A DNA stretch of 51,032 bases from Octopus sinensis (GCF_006345805.1 NW_021832731.1:1-51032); one strand, 5' to 3'; numbered from the stretch's first letter, positions 12,496-25,875 are shown. Notes: generated from the letters alone by a model not told the origin. Program-made: numbers and translations.

Positions 12496-12633
12496 TAGAA
12501 ATGAAAGGAAATATTATGTTAATATACTAAATGAATTAAACTCAAAGATGCATTTGTTTCTTTCCCATTTTGAAACATGACAGAACTTTCTTCCGAACAT
12601 TATATTACACCTGTGCAACACCTCGTAATGTCC

Positions 12634-12985
12634 GGTATTAGGGCAGCGGACTCGCGGTCATAGGATCGCGGTTTCGATTCTCAGACCGGGCGTTGTGAGT
12701 GTTTATTCAGCGAAAACATCTAAAAGCTCCACGAGGCTCCGGCAGGGATGGTGGTGATCCCTGCTGAACTCTTTCACCACAACTTTCTCTCACTCTTACT
12801 TCCTGTTTCTGTTTACCTGTATTTCAAGGGGCCGGCCTTGTTACGCTGAATATCCCCGAGAACTACGTTAAGGGTGCACGTGTCTGTGGAGTGCTCAGCC
12901 ACTTACACGTTAATTTCACGAGTAGGCTGTTCCGTTGATTTGGATCAACTGGAACCCTCATCGTCGTTACCGACGGAGTGCTTCC
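12634..12985 (+). mobile_element. tRNA-headed SINE, distinct family C
   Basis: Head with B-box-like ggtttcgattctc and a body unrelated to families A and B. Internal hairpin gcagggat-N7-atccctgc. 3' region cacttacacgttaa...ggaaccc is reminiscent of conserved central SINE domains. Confidence 0.65.
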
Positions 12986-13224
12986 AATGTCATTAACATT
13001 GTTTTGAGTCCAGGTGTAAGAGTTAGTGTTTAGGCTACGCATTTCTCTGCGTCACTTTAACCAATCATAAATCACATGACATTATAATTATTATTATTAT
13101 CTATTTTTTTCTCGATGCGTAACGATTTATCGTCATTGGCAAATCTTTCTATATGAATAACTTCGCCATTTCTTTTCGGAAGTGTATTATCGGCTGTTGG
13201 AATTCATACTTTGTGGCAATGCAT

Positions 13225-13360
13225 TGGTGGAATCATTAGAGCATGGTGGGATAAATTACCTACAGGTACTGTTCAGGATTCTTAGGTTCTGAGTTCAAAT
13301 CCCATCGAGGTCAAATTTATTTTTCGTCGTTTCGTGACCGATGAAATAAAGTACCAATCA
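13225..13360 (+). mobile_element. SINE family A fragment
   Basis: gttctgagttcaaatcccatcgaggtcaaa...gatgaaataaagtacca. Confidence 0.7.
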
Positions 13361-13394
13361 AGGACTGTGATTGAGAGCATTGATTAGTGCCATC

Positions 13395-13431
13395 AACATC
13401 CCAATTATTATTATTATTATTATTATTATTA

Positions 13432-13470
<39 letters not shown>

Positions 13471-13546
13471 TATTATTATTATTATCATCATCATCATCAT
13501 CAATCATCATCATCATCATCATCATCATTATTATTATTATTATTAA

Positions 13547-13600
<54 letters not shown>
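13395..13600. repeat. (ATT)n/(ATC)n array
   Basis: Trinucleotide run immediately 5' of a SINE. Confidence 0.97.
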
Positions 13601-13601
<1 letters not shown>

Positions 13602-13606
13602 ATATA

Positions 13607-13989
13607 AGGCGGCGAGCTGTCAAAAATGTTAGCGCGCCGGGCGAAATGCGTGGCCGTATTTTGTCTGCCGCTACGTTCTGAGTTCAAATTCCGCCGAGGT
13701 CGACTTTGCCTTTCATCCTTTCGTTGTCGATTAAATAAGTACCAGTTACGCACTGGGATCGATATAATCGACTTAATCCGGTTGTCTGTCCTTGTTTGTC
13801 ACCTCTGTGTTTAGCCCCTTGTGGATAGCAAAGAAATGGGTATTTTGCCCGTTGCTACATTCTGAGTCGAAGTCGACTTTGCCTGTCATCCTTTCTGAGT
13901 CGATAAAATAAGTACCAGTTGAACACTGGGGTCGATGTAATAGACTCATCCCCATCTCCCCCAATGTACCCTTGTGGCAAAAATTTGAA

Positions 13990-13990
<1 letters not shown>
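13607..13990 (+). mobile_element. Dimeric SINE family A (head + body 1 + linker + body 2)
   Basis: The body motif (gtcgactttgcc...gtcgat..aataagtaccagtt...ctgggg/atcgat) occurs twice, separated by the linker ttaatccg..gtccttgtttgtc..ctgtgtttagccccttgtgg..ag.aaagaaat. Same layout at 43756-44142. Confidence 0.85.
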
Positions 13991-14040
<50 letters not shown>

Positions 14041-14056
14041 GTTATTATTATTATTA

Positions 14057-14120
<64 letters not shown>

Positions 14121-14195
14121 ACCAGCACTATTTTTATCGTTGTGATTATTATCCCGCCATTGTCATTATTACTATCGTCATTATTATCATTATTA

Positions 14196-14247
<52 letters not shown>

Positions 14248-14272
14248 CATCATCATCATCATTATTATTATT
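13991..14272. repeat. (ATT)n/(ATC)n array (SINE tail expansion)
   Basis: Trinucleotide run directly 3' of the SINE. Confidence 0.95.
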
Positions 14273-14654
14273 ACCGTTTCAAATTTCAACGTTTATCATG
14301 TCATCAGAGACATGCCATGAGATTTATTGACAACAGACTGTCAAAGACTCTGCGAAGAATTTATTGCTGTTTCGGTGTCTCTCAGTATTTTCTTTTTCTT
14401 TCGTTGCTATCATTGTTGTTGCTGTTATTGTTGTTGGTAGTGGGGGACGGTGATGCTGGTCCCAACGCTCCACCGGCAACTGAGATATAATTTCTATTTG
14501 CATCACCCAGAATTTTCTTCGATTTTCCTCGATTCTGCAACCAAGTCCAAACGAAAATTATTCTCGCGTTTTTCTCTTTCACTTGCAACAAAACTAAAGC
14601 GATTTGGTGTACAGAGGATATCTCTGATCAAAACATGCATCTGATAGGGATGAT

Positions 14655-14664
14655 ATATATGCGC

Positions 14665-14718
<54 letters not shown>

Positions 14719-15029
14719 CATACGTAATAAATATTTTCCCACACATACACACGTACATATATATATATATATATATTCATATACACATACACACTTATAT
14801 ATACGTATAGGAATATATATATACATATAGATGCATATATACATATATATACATATATATATATATACATATATACATGTGTATATACATAAATAGCTAT
14901 ATATACATACATATATATAAGTATGTGTGTATATGTACATATACATAAATACATATATATGTGTGTGTATATATTTATATATATATATATGTATATATAT
15001 ATACATGTGTGTGTATATATTCATGTATA

Positions 15030-15064
<35 letters not shown>

Positions 15065-15194
15065 ATATACACATACAGAGAAATATATATATATTACATA
15101 TATGTGTGTATGTATGTATTATGTATGTATGCATGCATGTATGTATGATGTATATATGTATGTATGTATGCATGTATGTATGTATATATATATA

Positions 15195-15266
<72 letters not shown>

Positions 15267-15270
15267 CGTA
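14655..15270. repeat. Compound (TA)/(TG)/(TATG) microsatellite
   Basis: Low-complexity block. Confidence 0.95.
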
Positions 15271-15759
15271 CATACTATTGTCTCCATTATCTTTTCGCAT
15301 ATGAGCAGAAAAAGCTGAATTCTCTCTTCTTACTTTGCAGCAGTTATTTTCAATCAAACTTTCTGATTATTATTGTCACCAGTTTCGTTTCTCATCGATT
15401 TTGAATCTTCAACCCACCCATGCCTTCAACCCACCCATGCCTTCACACCGCACCTTTCACACCGCACCTTATACATTGACTGTGGCAACTTCAAATCCTC
15501 ACACACTAATTGACCAGCGGATAAACGAGCTCTATGTAGTCGCTCGTCTGCTAGAAATAACACCCAGTTACTATATATCGGATGCTTGAAGTACAGAAAT
15601 ATATTTACAATACTAATGCAAATGGCCCGAAAGATGCAGTGTGAAGTTCGTATAAAGACAAAGTTAAGTTTAAGGACCGAAGTTAATTAGGCTTTGAATG
15701 ATATATATGCTTTAAGTATCATGCACGAATTGCTATTTTACATGTATTCACTGAAATTC

Positions 15760-15950
15760 TGCGGGACGGCTGTGTCGTTATCGTGCCGAAAAAAATAGCG
15801 TGAAGTCTTCCACCTCTTTACGTTCAAATGCTGTCTCAATTGATTATGTCTTTCATTCTTCTGGAGTCGAAGAACTATTTTTGCCACTGGGGTCGATGTA
15901 AACGACTTGCTCATTTCTCTCCAAATTGCTGGTCCTGTGCTGAAATCGGA
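15760..15950 (+). mobile_element. SINE family A, highly degenerate
   Basis: ctctttacgttcaaatgc...ccactggggtcgatgtaaacgact...aaattgctggtcctgtgc. Confidence 0.65.
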
Positions 15951-16954
15951 AGAAATTATATTTATTCATTCATAATCTTCTAAATTATAAAACCGCATTG
16001 GATTATTATTTAGTTAAGCCTACGGTATTTCTTGAACTGTATGATTATGGTTGGTTTTGGTATCGCTGGTCATCTCCCCATTCCATCTTCTCTTATTTGA
16101 GACGAAGTTACAGCAACAGAAGCAAACATATGATTATCAGATTCTTTTACTTTACCAGTTATACAACATCTTCAATCTACTTTCGTTTTCACAAACTTTC
16201 TTCTACTCTCACGTCCTTACCCAACAATGATCAGTTATTCAGTTCAGTTTCACTCCTTAAATCTCTTTCGTTCGACCAAACCGCAACTTTTCCTCACTTG
16301 ATAAAACTTATTCCTAGTCTCTCATCTTCCAAACGATCTACATTTCCTCTCCTGTGAAGTCTGCTACTTAATCTTCCACTTATTGTCAACGAAAGACCCC
16401 CCTGCTGTTCCTTAATTACCATGTCTCCCATCTTCCAATGAATCTCTATAATGTATCCTGTCTCGACTTCTATCTTTTCTTTTCTGATTTATATTCATTA
16501 TAATCCACTTTGATATCCGAATGGTGTCCACCATTCGTGTCTTTCGCTCTATACATACCATTACAAACACAAACATGCAGTAATTTCTACGAATGTTTAT
16601 ATATACATATATACATATATACATGTATATATAATATAATATATTATATATATATATATATATATTATATATCTATATATATATATATATATAATAAATG
16701 AAATAAAACATATGCATATATATAAACATATATGTACGTACCTACCTCTACATGTACATATACACGTACCTACCTCTACATGTACATGTACATATATATA
16801 TATATATAATATATATTATATTATATATATATATATAATAGCAATTAACAATAAAACATATGCATACATACATACATATATGTACATACCTACATGTATA
16901 TGTATATATACATGCATATATATATATATGAGTATATATATATATATATATACT

Positions 16955-17135
16955 TTTATCTTTCACTTGATTCAGTCATTCGACTGCGGCCAAGCAGGAG
17001 CACCGCCTTGAAGAACTTTTATTTGAAGTGTGGTTCTTAACCATTCCTTCCTGTTGAACCACTTATTCACGAGGTCCGTAAACACACTAGCACCGTTTGG
17101 CAAGTGGTGCTGGACGACAAATAAAAAGCACACGC
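16955..17135 (-). mobile_element. SINE family B 3' fragment (variant)
   Basis: ttcagtcattcgactgcggccaagcaggagcaccgcctt matches the family B 3' end. Confidence 0.75.
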
Positions 17136-17285
17136 CGACTTATACATATATATATACATATATACATGCATGTATATGTATTTGTGTGTCTGTGTATTTG
17201 TGTGTGCATGTATGTGTGTGTGTGTGTGCGTGGGTATTATGAATTTGTATGTATATATTTTTGAACATATATATATATATATATA

Positions 17286-17697
17286 TACTCTTTTACTCTT
17301 TTACTTGTTTCAGTCATTTGACTGCGGCCATGCTGGAGCACCGCCTTTAATCGAGCAACTCGACCCCGGAACTTGTTCTTTTGTAAGCCCAGTACTTATT
17401 CTTTCGGTCTGTTTTGCAGAACCGCTAAGTGACGGGGCCATAAACACACCAGCATCGGTTGTCAACCAATGCTAGAGGGACAAACACAGACACACAAACA
17501 CACATACGCATACATATACATATACATATATACGACGGGCTTCTTTCAGTTTCCGTCTACCAAATCCCCTCACAAGGCTTTGGTCGGCCCGAGGCTATAG
17601 TAGAAGACACTTGCCCAAGGTGCCACGCAGTGGGACTGAACCCGGAACCATGTGGTTGGTAGACAGGCTACGTACCACACAGCCATCCCTGTGCCTA
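17286..17697 (-). mobile_element. tRNA-headed SINE family B, full length (CORE-like central motif)
   Basis: Reverse complement has ggctgtgtggt..(A box), ggttccgggttcagtcccac (B box), ggcaccttgggcaagtgtctt (CORE-like), internal (TA/CA)n and an aagtaaaagagt tail. Matches 24135 and 30314. Confidence 0.9.
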
Positions 17698-17767
17698 TAT
17701 ATTTACATAGGTCTCCATGTGCGAAATCACAATATCTCCCATTAAACATGCCCCAGTTTGTTACAGA

Positions 17768-17885
17768 GTTACTCATGTAGAGGTGAGTAACCTGAAGCTG
17801 GAACAATGTGAAATAAACGAACTTTCCGGTCCGGAAATCTAATGTACGATCTCGTGGTCCGGAGTGCAACACACTAACTGTTAGT
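17768..17885 (-). mobile_element. Degenerate tRNA-headed SINE-like fragment with 8-bp hairpin
   Basis: tgtgaaataaa...ccggtccggaaatc...cgatctcgtggtc...acactaac resembles a reversed tRNA head; hairpin gttactca-N8-tgagtaac at 17768-17791. Confidence 0.45.
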
Positions 17886-18370
17886 CTTCGTTACCAATAC
17901 ATAATATAGAAAGTAAATGTAGATATTTTCCTACAGAACATACAACAGCCGTTTCACCTTGAAGTGTGGCAACACACGAGGAGAACTTTGGTTCAAGCTT
18001 AAGTAGTATGATCGTTTGTATACATGTAAACATTCATATACAAACACATGGGTCTGCATAGCGCATGTGCACACTTTGCAGTATAGCTATATTGGTGTAC
18101 TAACTTAATTTTTAAATAAATGTTGTTTGATTTGGTATTGATTTGGGTGTCTTATACCTTATTGATCTAAAGTAAAAGTTGTTTTACATGGAACCATAAA
18201 TAATTGACGTGATTCATAGATAAATAATTAAATAGATGACAATGAATCAGACGGAAACTTTGAAATATTGATCGTGTAGAGGTGACATATATTCTACTTA
18301 CAGTTTTCTACGAGCTGTCGTACATAAGTACATATGTTTTGGGTGTTTTTCTTATGTATGCAATATGTAT

Positions 18371-18406
<36 letters not shown>

Positions 18407-18539
18407 ATTTATTTCTGTAAGTAGGTTTGTATTCATAAATGCATTCGTACAAGTGATTGCCACTTAGACATTTGCTAACATCATAACGAAGTGCACTAAA
18501 TCATTTCAGATACAAAGGGGAAGTGGTATTTATATATAT

Positions 18540-18857
18540 ATAAATAAAGGAATATTTATACATAGACATATACATATACATATATACACATATATATACA
18601 TATATATATGTATGTATATATATGTATATATATATACATATATATGGATATATATGCATATATATTTACATATATATATGCATTACATACATACACACAC
18701 ATATATACATATATATGTATACATATATACACACACATAGATACATACATACATATATACATACATATATACATACATACATTCATACATACATATATAA
18801 ACATGCATACATACATACATACATACACATACATACATGCATAAATACATACACACA

Positions 18858-18925
<68 letters not shown>
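18540..18925. repeat. Compound (TA)/(CA)/(TACA) microsatellite
   Basis: Low-complexity block. Confidence 0.95.
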
Positions 18926-19094
18926 ATGATAATTAAGTATTTATGCAAGTATGATTGCCTAAATATATTTACACAGACATGACAGAAGTTAAATATACAT
19001 CCCATAACACATCGTTTTATGCTTATTTCAACTTGAAAAGGTATATATTTATTGACATTTTTATGGTTCAGTTTCTATATATGGCTGGTTAATC

Positions 19095-19712
19095 ATGCCA
19101 TGTACAAAAGAAGCCTTAGAAGTTAGTCCTTAGAACTTAATCCGAATTTCAAAGAGGCCGCGTTGTGAGTCAATCTGAAGGTGGACTTTGCCAGCGTAAA
19201 ATCGCAGAAAACCTTGGGATCCTGCTTTCTACAGTTAATAGAGTGATTGTGCAATTCACCAGACACAGGAAGGAGTCCACATCACCTCTACCAGGTCAAC
19301 CAGGGCCCGCTGACCGGAACCTTCGCTTTGTTAAGAGAAGTGTGAAGGATAATCCTCGTTACAAGACCTCTGACATTGCTGAACAAGTTGATGTCAGTCC
19401 CAGAACAGCTGTCAGGTATCTCCACAAACTTGGTTACTATGGAAGAACAGCAAGAAGGAAACCACTTCTTCGACCAGCCAACATCGAGCGGAGAAAAGAT
19501 TGGGCCAGTGAAATTGTGGAGAGGCCACTAGCATTTTGGGACACTATCATATTTTCTGATGAGTGCATATCGACGAAGGGGTTATGAAAAGATCCTGGCT
19601 TTGGATAAAAGAAAATAGAGAAGGATCAATTAAATAGGGTTTTAATTTAACATATTCCCCTTCTCAGATTCACAGACATATTTCAGTGGCCCTTCAGTTT
19701 TTCTAAGCCCTG
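19095..19712 (+). mobile_element. Tc1-like transposon relic: N-terminal HTH region intact, catalytic domain deleted after the first Asp
   Basis: [39 protein letters not shown]...[38 protein letters not shown]...WDTIIFSDE, then abrupt loss of homology. Candidate right end ...ctaagccctg|TA at 19712. Confidence 0.9.
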
Positions 19713-19796
19713 TAAAAGAACTCGGGAGTTTGAGTCTCCAACCAGGCCTTTCGCAATATCAACAAAGCCAATAACTATTCAGTAACCTGTCATATA

Positions 19797-19872
19797 TGGA
19801 TGGATGGATGGATGGATGTATGGATGGATGGATGGATGGATGGATGGATGGATGGATGGATGGATGGATGGA
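19797..19872. repeat. (GGAT)n microsatellite
   Basis: Tetranucleotide run. Confidence 0.97.
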
Positions 19873-20260
19873 TCTACACAGAAAACTAAATCTAGTCACA
19901 TTCTTTGCTATAACATTTACATGAAATGGCCACTCAGACATTTGCTAAAATAGTCTGATGCACAAAATAATTGGAGTTAAAATATGTATTTATACTTCTT
20001 TGTATATATTTATACAAATAAATACGTGAATGCGTTTAAGTATTTATGCACGCGTCACTCTTCTTCCTAATTTATATATGTACTTTTCGACGAATGTATA
20101 TAGGATAACTCAAACATGTACATATATACTTACTCACATATGTATGTACGTATATATATATATATATAATTATATATATATATATATTATATATATATTA
20201 TATATATATATGTATGTATGTATGTATATATATTTCTATATTTGAATACAATAACGCACG

Positions 20261-20305
<45 letters not shown>

Positions 20306-20541
20306 GCGCGCGCGTGTGTGTGTGTGTGTTTTATGTCTATGTATGCACCGAATACACACATATCTTACTAATGTACTAAACGTGTGTCAGTGTGTCGTTC
20401 CGTGTGTATTCATGTATCTCTGCGAATGTGTACCTTAGGAAATAAATAGAAACATAAACGCATAGATACACATCCATGGCATACGTATATATACACAACA
20501 CTCACATATATATATTACATATGTTATTCATATATATACAT

Positions 20542-20601
<60 letters not shown>

Positions 20602-20604
20602 GTA

Positions 20605-20635
<31 letters not shown>

Positions 20636-21319
20636 TCATATATATACATATATATATATATATAAACATATGTGTCTTTATATAATTTACACAGGTAAAC
20701 AATATACATGGTGTAAATGCGATATGTGTCACTACCAATATATACATTTATTATGCACATCTCGCTCTCTTTCTTCACAAATACACATTCATACATATAT
20801 GTGTATATATATACGTACATAGTGTATACATATATAATATATATGTATGTATGTATGCATGATTGTATGTATGTATGTATGTATGTATGTATGTATGTAT
20901 GTATGTATGTATGTATGCATGTATGTATGTGTGTATGGCCCTTGGCAAAAACAGATCTTAGCATCAATCTATATGAAAACTTTTTTTTCTGGCAGCTGAA
21001 ATCAGAAATCGATGCCTTTTCAGGTTGGCATTCAACCAAAATTGTTATTCTTGCTTAAAAACATAAGAGCATTTGAATGAGAAGCGAATGTTGAGTGGGT
21101 AGAAAGATGAGGGTGGCATTTTCAGGGGATGAGAGATAGGAATAGAATATGTGTGTGTGTGAGAGAGAGAGAGGGTGGAGGGAGGGAGAGAGAGGATCCG
21201 AGAGAAAGAAGAGAGGGAGTAGGAACTGAATGGGAAACAAAGACGAAATATAAAGAGAGTAAAGGAAGTCGTTTTCTTTTTTTTTTGTTTCAGCTGTATC
21301 TTCCGAAAGGCTAATCAAA

Positions 21320-21334
21320 TTGTATATATACATA

Positions 21335-21388
<54 letters not shown>

Positions 21389-21423
21389 TATATAATATAT
21401 ATAATATATAGCATATATATATA

Positions 21424-21472
<49 letters not shown>

Positions 21473-21501
21473 TGCATGTATATATATATATATATAATAA
21501 T

Positions 21502-21533
<32 letters not shown>

Positions 21534-21534
21534 G

Positions 21535-21600
<66 letters not shown>

Positions 21601-21770
21601 TGTATGTATAATGTATGTATCTATATATCTTGAATTAATACACATCATTGTAAATATATGTATATATATATATATATATATATACATATATATGCATATA
21701 TATATATATATACACATATATATATGTGGTATATATATATGTATATATATATATAAACATATATATATGC

Positions 21771-21805
<35 letters not shown>

Positions 21806-21853
21806 TATATGTGTATATATATATGTGTGTGTGTGTGTGTGTATATATATATG

Positions 21854-21885
<32 letters not shown>

Positions 21886-22162
21886 CATGTATGTATCTAT
21901 ATATCTTGAAATTAATACACGTCATTGTAAATATATGTATATATATATATGTATGTGCATGTATGTATGTATGTATGTATGTATGTATGTATGTATGCAT
22001 GATTTATCTATATATGAAATTAATACACATCATTGTAAATATATATATATACATCATATATTATATTATTTTAAGATACATATATACTATATTATATCAT
22101 ATATTTAAGATATATAATGTATATATATATATGTATATATATAATGTTTATATATATATATG

Positions 22163-22240
<78 letters not shown>
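21320..22240. repeat. ~900-bp (TA)n/(TATG)n block with a ~40-bp motif repeated three times
   Basis: atctatatatcttgaa(a)ttaatacac(a/g)tcattgtaaatatat at ~21619, ~21895 and ~22006. Confidence 0.9.
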
Positions 22241-22244
<4 letters not shown>

Positions 22245-22254
22245 CAAAGGATAG

Positions 22255-23760
22255 GTTTGATGATGTGATTACGGTGATAGCGAGATGAAAGGGCCACTTT
22301 TCTTTGTTTATTTTCGTCATCATGGTAGTGATGTTGATTATGTTGGCGGTGTATCTGGAGGTGATGCTGGTGTTATTGGTGGTGACGTTGATAAGGATGG
22401 TGATGGTTGTGGCAACGATGACGATGATGACAGCAACGGAGTATGACGAAGGTGAAACAGATGACAATGGTATTAACGCTGACGAATGTGATATCGTCTT
22501 TAGGATAACAATGCTGAATGTAGTGGGGGATGCTGGGATGCTGAGGTTCTGAAGATACTGATGATGAGAAAGAAGAGAAGGAGGAAGGAGAGGAGGATGA
22601 AGTTGACAGTGGTGTTGATCACCATGACACGGCCTATATGAAAATGGTATTGGTGGTGATGGTGGTGATGATGATGATGATGATGTTGATGACGATGACG
22701 ATGATGATTATGATGATGATGAGGAGGGTGGTGATGATCATGATGATGTTGGTGATGGTGATGATGAAGTTGATGATGAAGGCAAAGCAGATTATGATGA
22801 TGATGGTGATGGTGATGTGATGATGAAGATGATGAAAGCGAAGATTATGATGATGATCGTGGTGGTGGTGGTGGTTATGGTGGTGGTGGTGGTGGTGGTG
22901 GTGGTGGTAGTGATGACGAAGATGATGATGAAGGCGAAGAAGATTATGGCGGTTGTGGTGGTGGTAGTATGTTTATCGTGGTGGTGGCGATTGTGATGAT
23001 GACATGGGTCAATATGATGACGATGGTCATGGTGATCTTTCTTGGCGCTGAATGACGATCTCTGTTGTGAGAAGCTCGAGAGCGAAACGATTCTTGTTTT
23101 TTGATCGAGAGCAGGAATAAACAAACAAACAAATAAATAAAATACATCAATAATAACGATAATGAGGATGGCGACTGTGATGATGATGATGACGATGATG
23201 ATGAAGATGATGTTGGTGATGATTATGAGCAGGAGGAGGAAGAGGAGGGTGACACCGACGATGACGAAGAAGATTTTGGTGATAATGTTGGAAACTGAGG
23301 TGGAAGAATAATGTTGGTTTTGATAGGAATAATGTAATGACAGCAGAAAGAACGATGACAAGTAAAATGAAAACGGTGGTGATGATGATGAGATGATGAT
23401 GATGAGGTGGAGGAGGAGGAGGATGAGGAGGAGGAGGAGGAGGAGGAGGAGGAGGAGGAGGAGGAGGAGGAGGAGGAGGAGGAGAAATATCAAGATGATT
23501 ACAGTATGAGGACTCCATTGAGGAATAGTGAGAAGATGGTCGATAATCCTGGTGACATTCAAGAGCGTGACTCTTTGCAAAATCTCTCAGTTGATTTATC
23601 GTGCTCACAATCGCCAGCGACCAACTCTACCATCATGACAATGATCACTTCTCTTATCATTACCATGACAACCAGCAACACTATCGTCATCAAAATCAGC
23701 TTCATCCTGTCACCATCATCCTATCACCATCATCCTCAACGTTCTCTTCAACGCCATAGT
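22255..23760. repeat. Cryptic trinucleotide mosaic ((GAT)/(GGT)/(GAG)n, then (CAT)-rich)
   Basis: Low-complexity trinucleotide blocks, including ~75 bp of (GAG)n at 23409-23483. Confidence 0.85.
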
Positions 23761-24134
23761 CGATTTTGTATATTTCTTCCAAACTTGCGATAATTTCCCA
23801 TGATATTTATTTATTCATTTATTTATTTATTCGTTCTTCCAACTGAACCAAATCCTTTTCCCCAACCAATGAAGACAGTTTACTCCCATGTCACCAACGT
23901 ATATACTATTCAGCAAGTCAACATAACCTGTACATTAATCTTCCGATTTACCTTTGTTCATATATACATAGAATACAACTGTGCTTACCTGTTCCGCATC
24001 ATATGTCTACATTCCAGTTGCTATCACCACATACATATATTACATATATGTGTGCGTATGTGCGTTTGTGAAAATGTGCATATGTATGTAAGCACATATA
24101 TGTGTGTGTGAGTGCGTGTGTATGTAAGTGTGTA

Positions 24135-24618
24135 TACTCTTTTACTCTTTTACTTGTTTCAGTCATTTGACTGCGGCCATGCCGGAGCACCGCCTTTAGT
24201 CGAGCAAATCGACCCCGGACTTATTCTTTGTAAGCCCAAGTACTTTTCTATCGGTCTCTTTTGCCGAACCGCTAGGACGGGGACGTAAACACACCAGCAT
24301 CGGTTGTCAAGCAATGCTAGGGGACAAACACAGACACACAACATATACACCATATATATTATATATATACATATATATATATATTAATATACATATATAT
24401 ATACATATATATAGTATAAATAATATATATATATATAATATATATATATACATATATACGACAGGCTTTTTCAGTTTCCGTCTACCAAATCCACTCACAA
24501 GGCATTGGTCGGCCCGGGGCCATAGTAGAAGACACTTGCCCAAGATGTCACGCAGTGGGACTGAAGCCGGAACCATGTGGTTGGTTAGCAAGCTACTTAC
24601 CACACAGTCAATCCTGTG
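24135..24618 (-). mobile_element. SINE family B, full length
   Basis: Colinear with 17286-17697, with an expanded internal (TA)n. Confidence 0.9.
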
Positions 24619-24984
24619 TGTACATATATATATTTATATGTATATATATAAATAAGTATGTGTGTGTGTGTTACCATCGTTTCTGTTCCTTCTGCGTTAC
24701 CATCGTTAATACGTATTCCTCAAGCTACAAATGCATTTGGTTGTTTCACTGCATGAACGTCTGTTGCACTTGTTAACGTGTTATAGCAATGACCCGCATT
24801 TTACCTACCTCTACACCTTACAAATACCCTATATACATATCTATAAAGACCTTCAGAATTGCTGCGGGAACGTCTTTGATCAGAAGTTCTTTGAATGAAG
24901 GTTTACTTAGAACTAAATTCCTTTAAAATCTACAACTTATTTTAAACACAGGCAAAGTACATTGGAGGAATTAACGCCAGACAC

Positions 24985-25290
24985 CTCAATCCCAACCAGG
25001 ATTTCATCACTCCTAAAGGAGGAATGTCTCCCTGGACTCCTTCCACCACTGTCTGTCTCTGGCCAGTCGTGGCCATGTAAGACCCAGATAGCGGATGAGG
25101 TCATCTCTCCATCTTTTCTTTGGTCGGCCACTTGATCTTGTCCATTGTCCTGGTGTCCCTTGCTTCACCCTGATTTCCATCTGTTGTCCTTCAATCACTG
25201 TATTTATTCTCCTTGATGGTTCTTATGGTGACGTTGACTCTCGTCTGCTGTGGAATCCAGGTGTTAGTTTTCTTGTCCCAACAAAGCTAG
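24985..25290 (-). mobile_element. RTE-like LINE 3' fragment
   Basis: Minus strand WIPQQTRVN..IRTIK... / RSSGRPKKRWRDDLIRYLGLTWPRLARDRQWWKESRETFL: the GRP..RW.D....W...A.DR..W C-terminal signature of RTE ORFs. Confidence 0.8.
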
Positions 25291-25570
25291 AGACATTATC
25301 TAAACATTAGACAGGATTTTCACTTCTGGAATATTTTTGATCATAGGCGGATTGAGCAGATCTGAATCAGGGCTAAACAACAATATGTGTGTATATATAT
25401 ATAAACAGAAGATACAAATATTACAGGCATCCCCCCACATACACACACTAAATAAACATAAACGCACATACAGATATAAGCATGCGCAAATGAAGACATA
25501 CAATAGAAATACAAAATGGCTGACGGTTAGTAAGGAGAGACACAAATAAGAAAGAAGAAAACAAAGGACC

Positions 25571-25790
25571 ACTGATGCGGTCACAGGAGTGTGACGAAAG
25601 AACTCTGGCCGAAATAAGATTTAAGATTATGTAAACAATAAATAACACTGAAGTAAAATAACACCAAATATATCGTGCGTGTGTTTTTATTGGCTAACTG
25701 ACAAATGACCATTCGAGAATATAACAATATCTGTTTCAACACACGACTTCACATAAAAAATCTTGCACAACAATATTTAAAAGTATATAT
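25571..25790 (-). mobile_element. Dispersed repeat (same family as 8645-8850) ending in a small hairpin
   Basis: Homology to 8645-8850; gtcaca-ggag-tgtgac hairpin near the left end. Confidence 0.75.
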
Positions 25791-25832
25791 ATATTATATA
25801 TATATATATATATTATTATATATATATAATAT

Positions 25833-25875
<43 letters not shown>

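Noticed and set aside
18459-19948. 20-bp direct match gccact(t/c)agacatttgctaa on either side of the Tc1 relic
   Set aside because: Direct rather than inverted, and hundreds of bp from the apparent element ends; cannot be tied to a TSD or TIR.
21619-22045. Repeat-spacer pattern suggestive of CRISPR
   Set aside because: Only three repeats, very unequal spacers made of microsatellite, eukaryotic context and no cas genes.
23147-23608. Minus-strand ORF with poly-Pro, His runs and a hydrophobic 'TM-like' stretch
   Set aside because: Poly-Pro is the reverse of (GAG)n and the hydrophobic stretch comes from GAT-type repeats; no family resemblance or reliable splice context.
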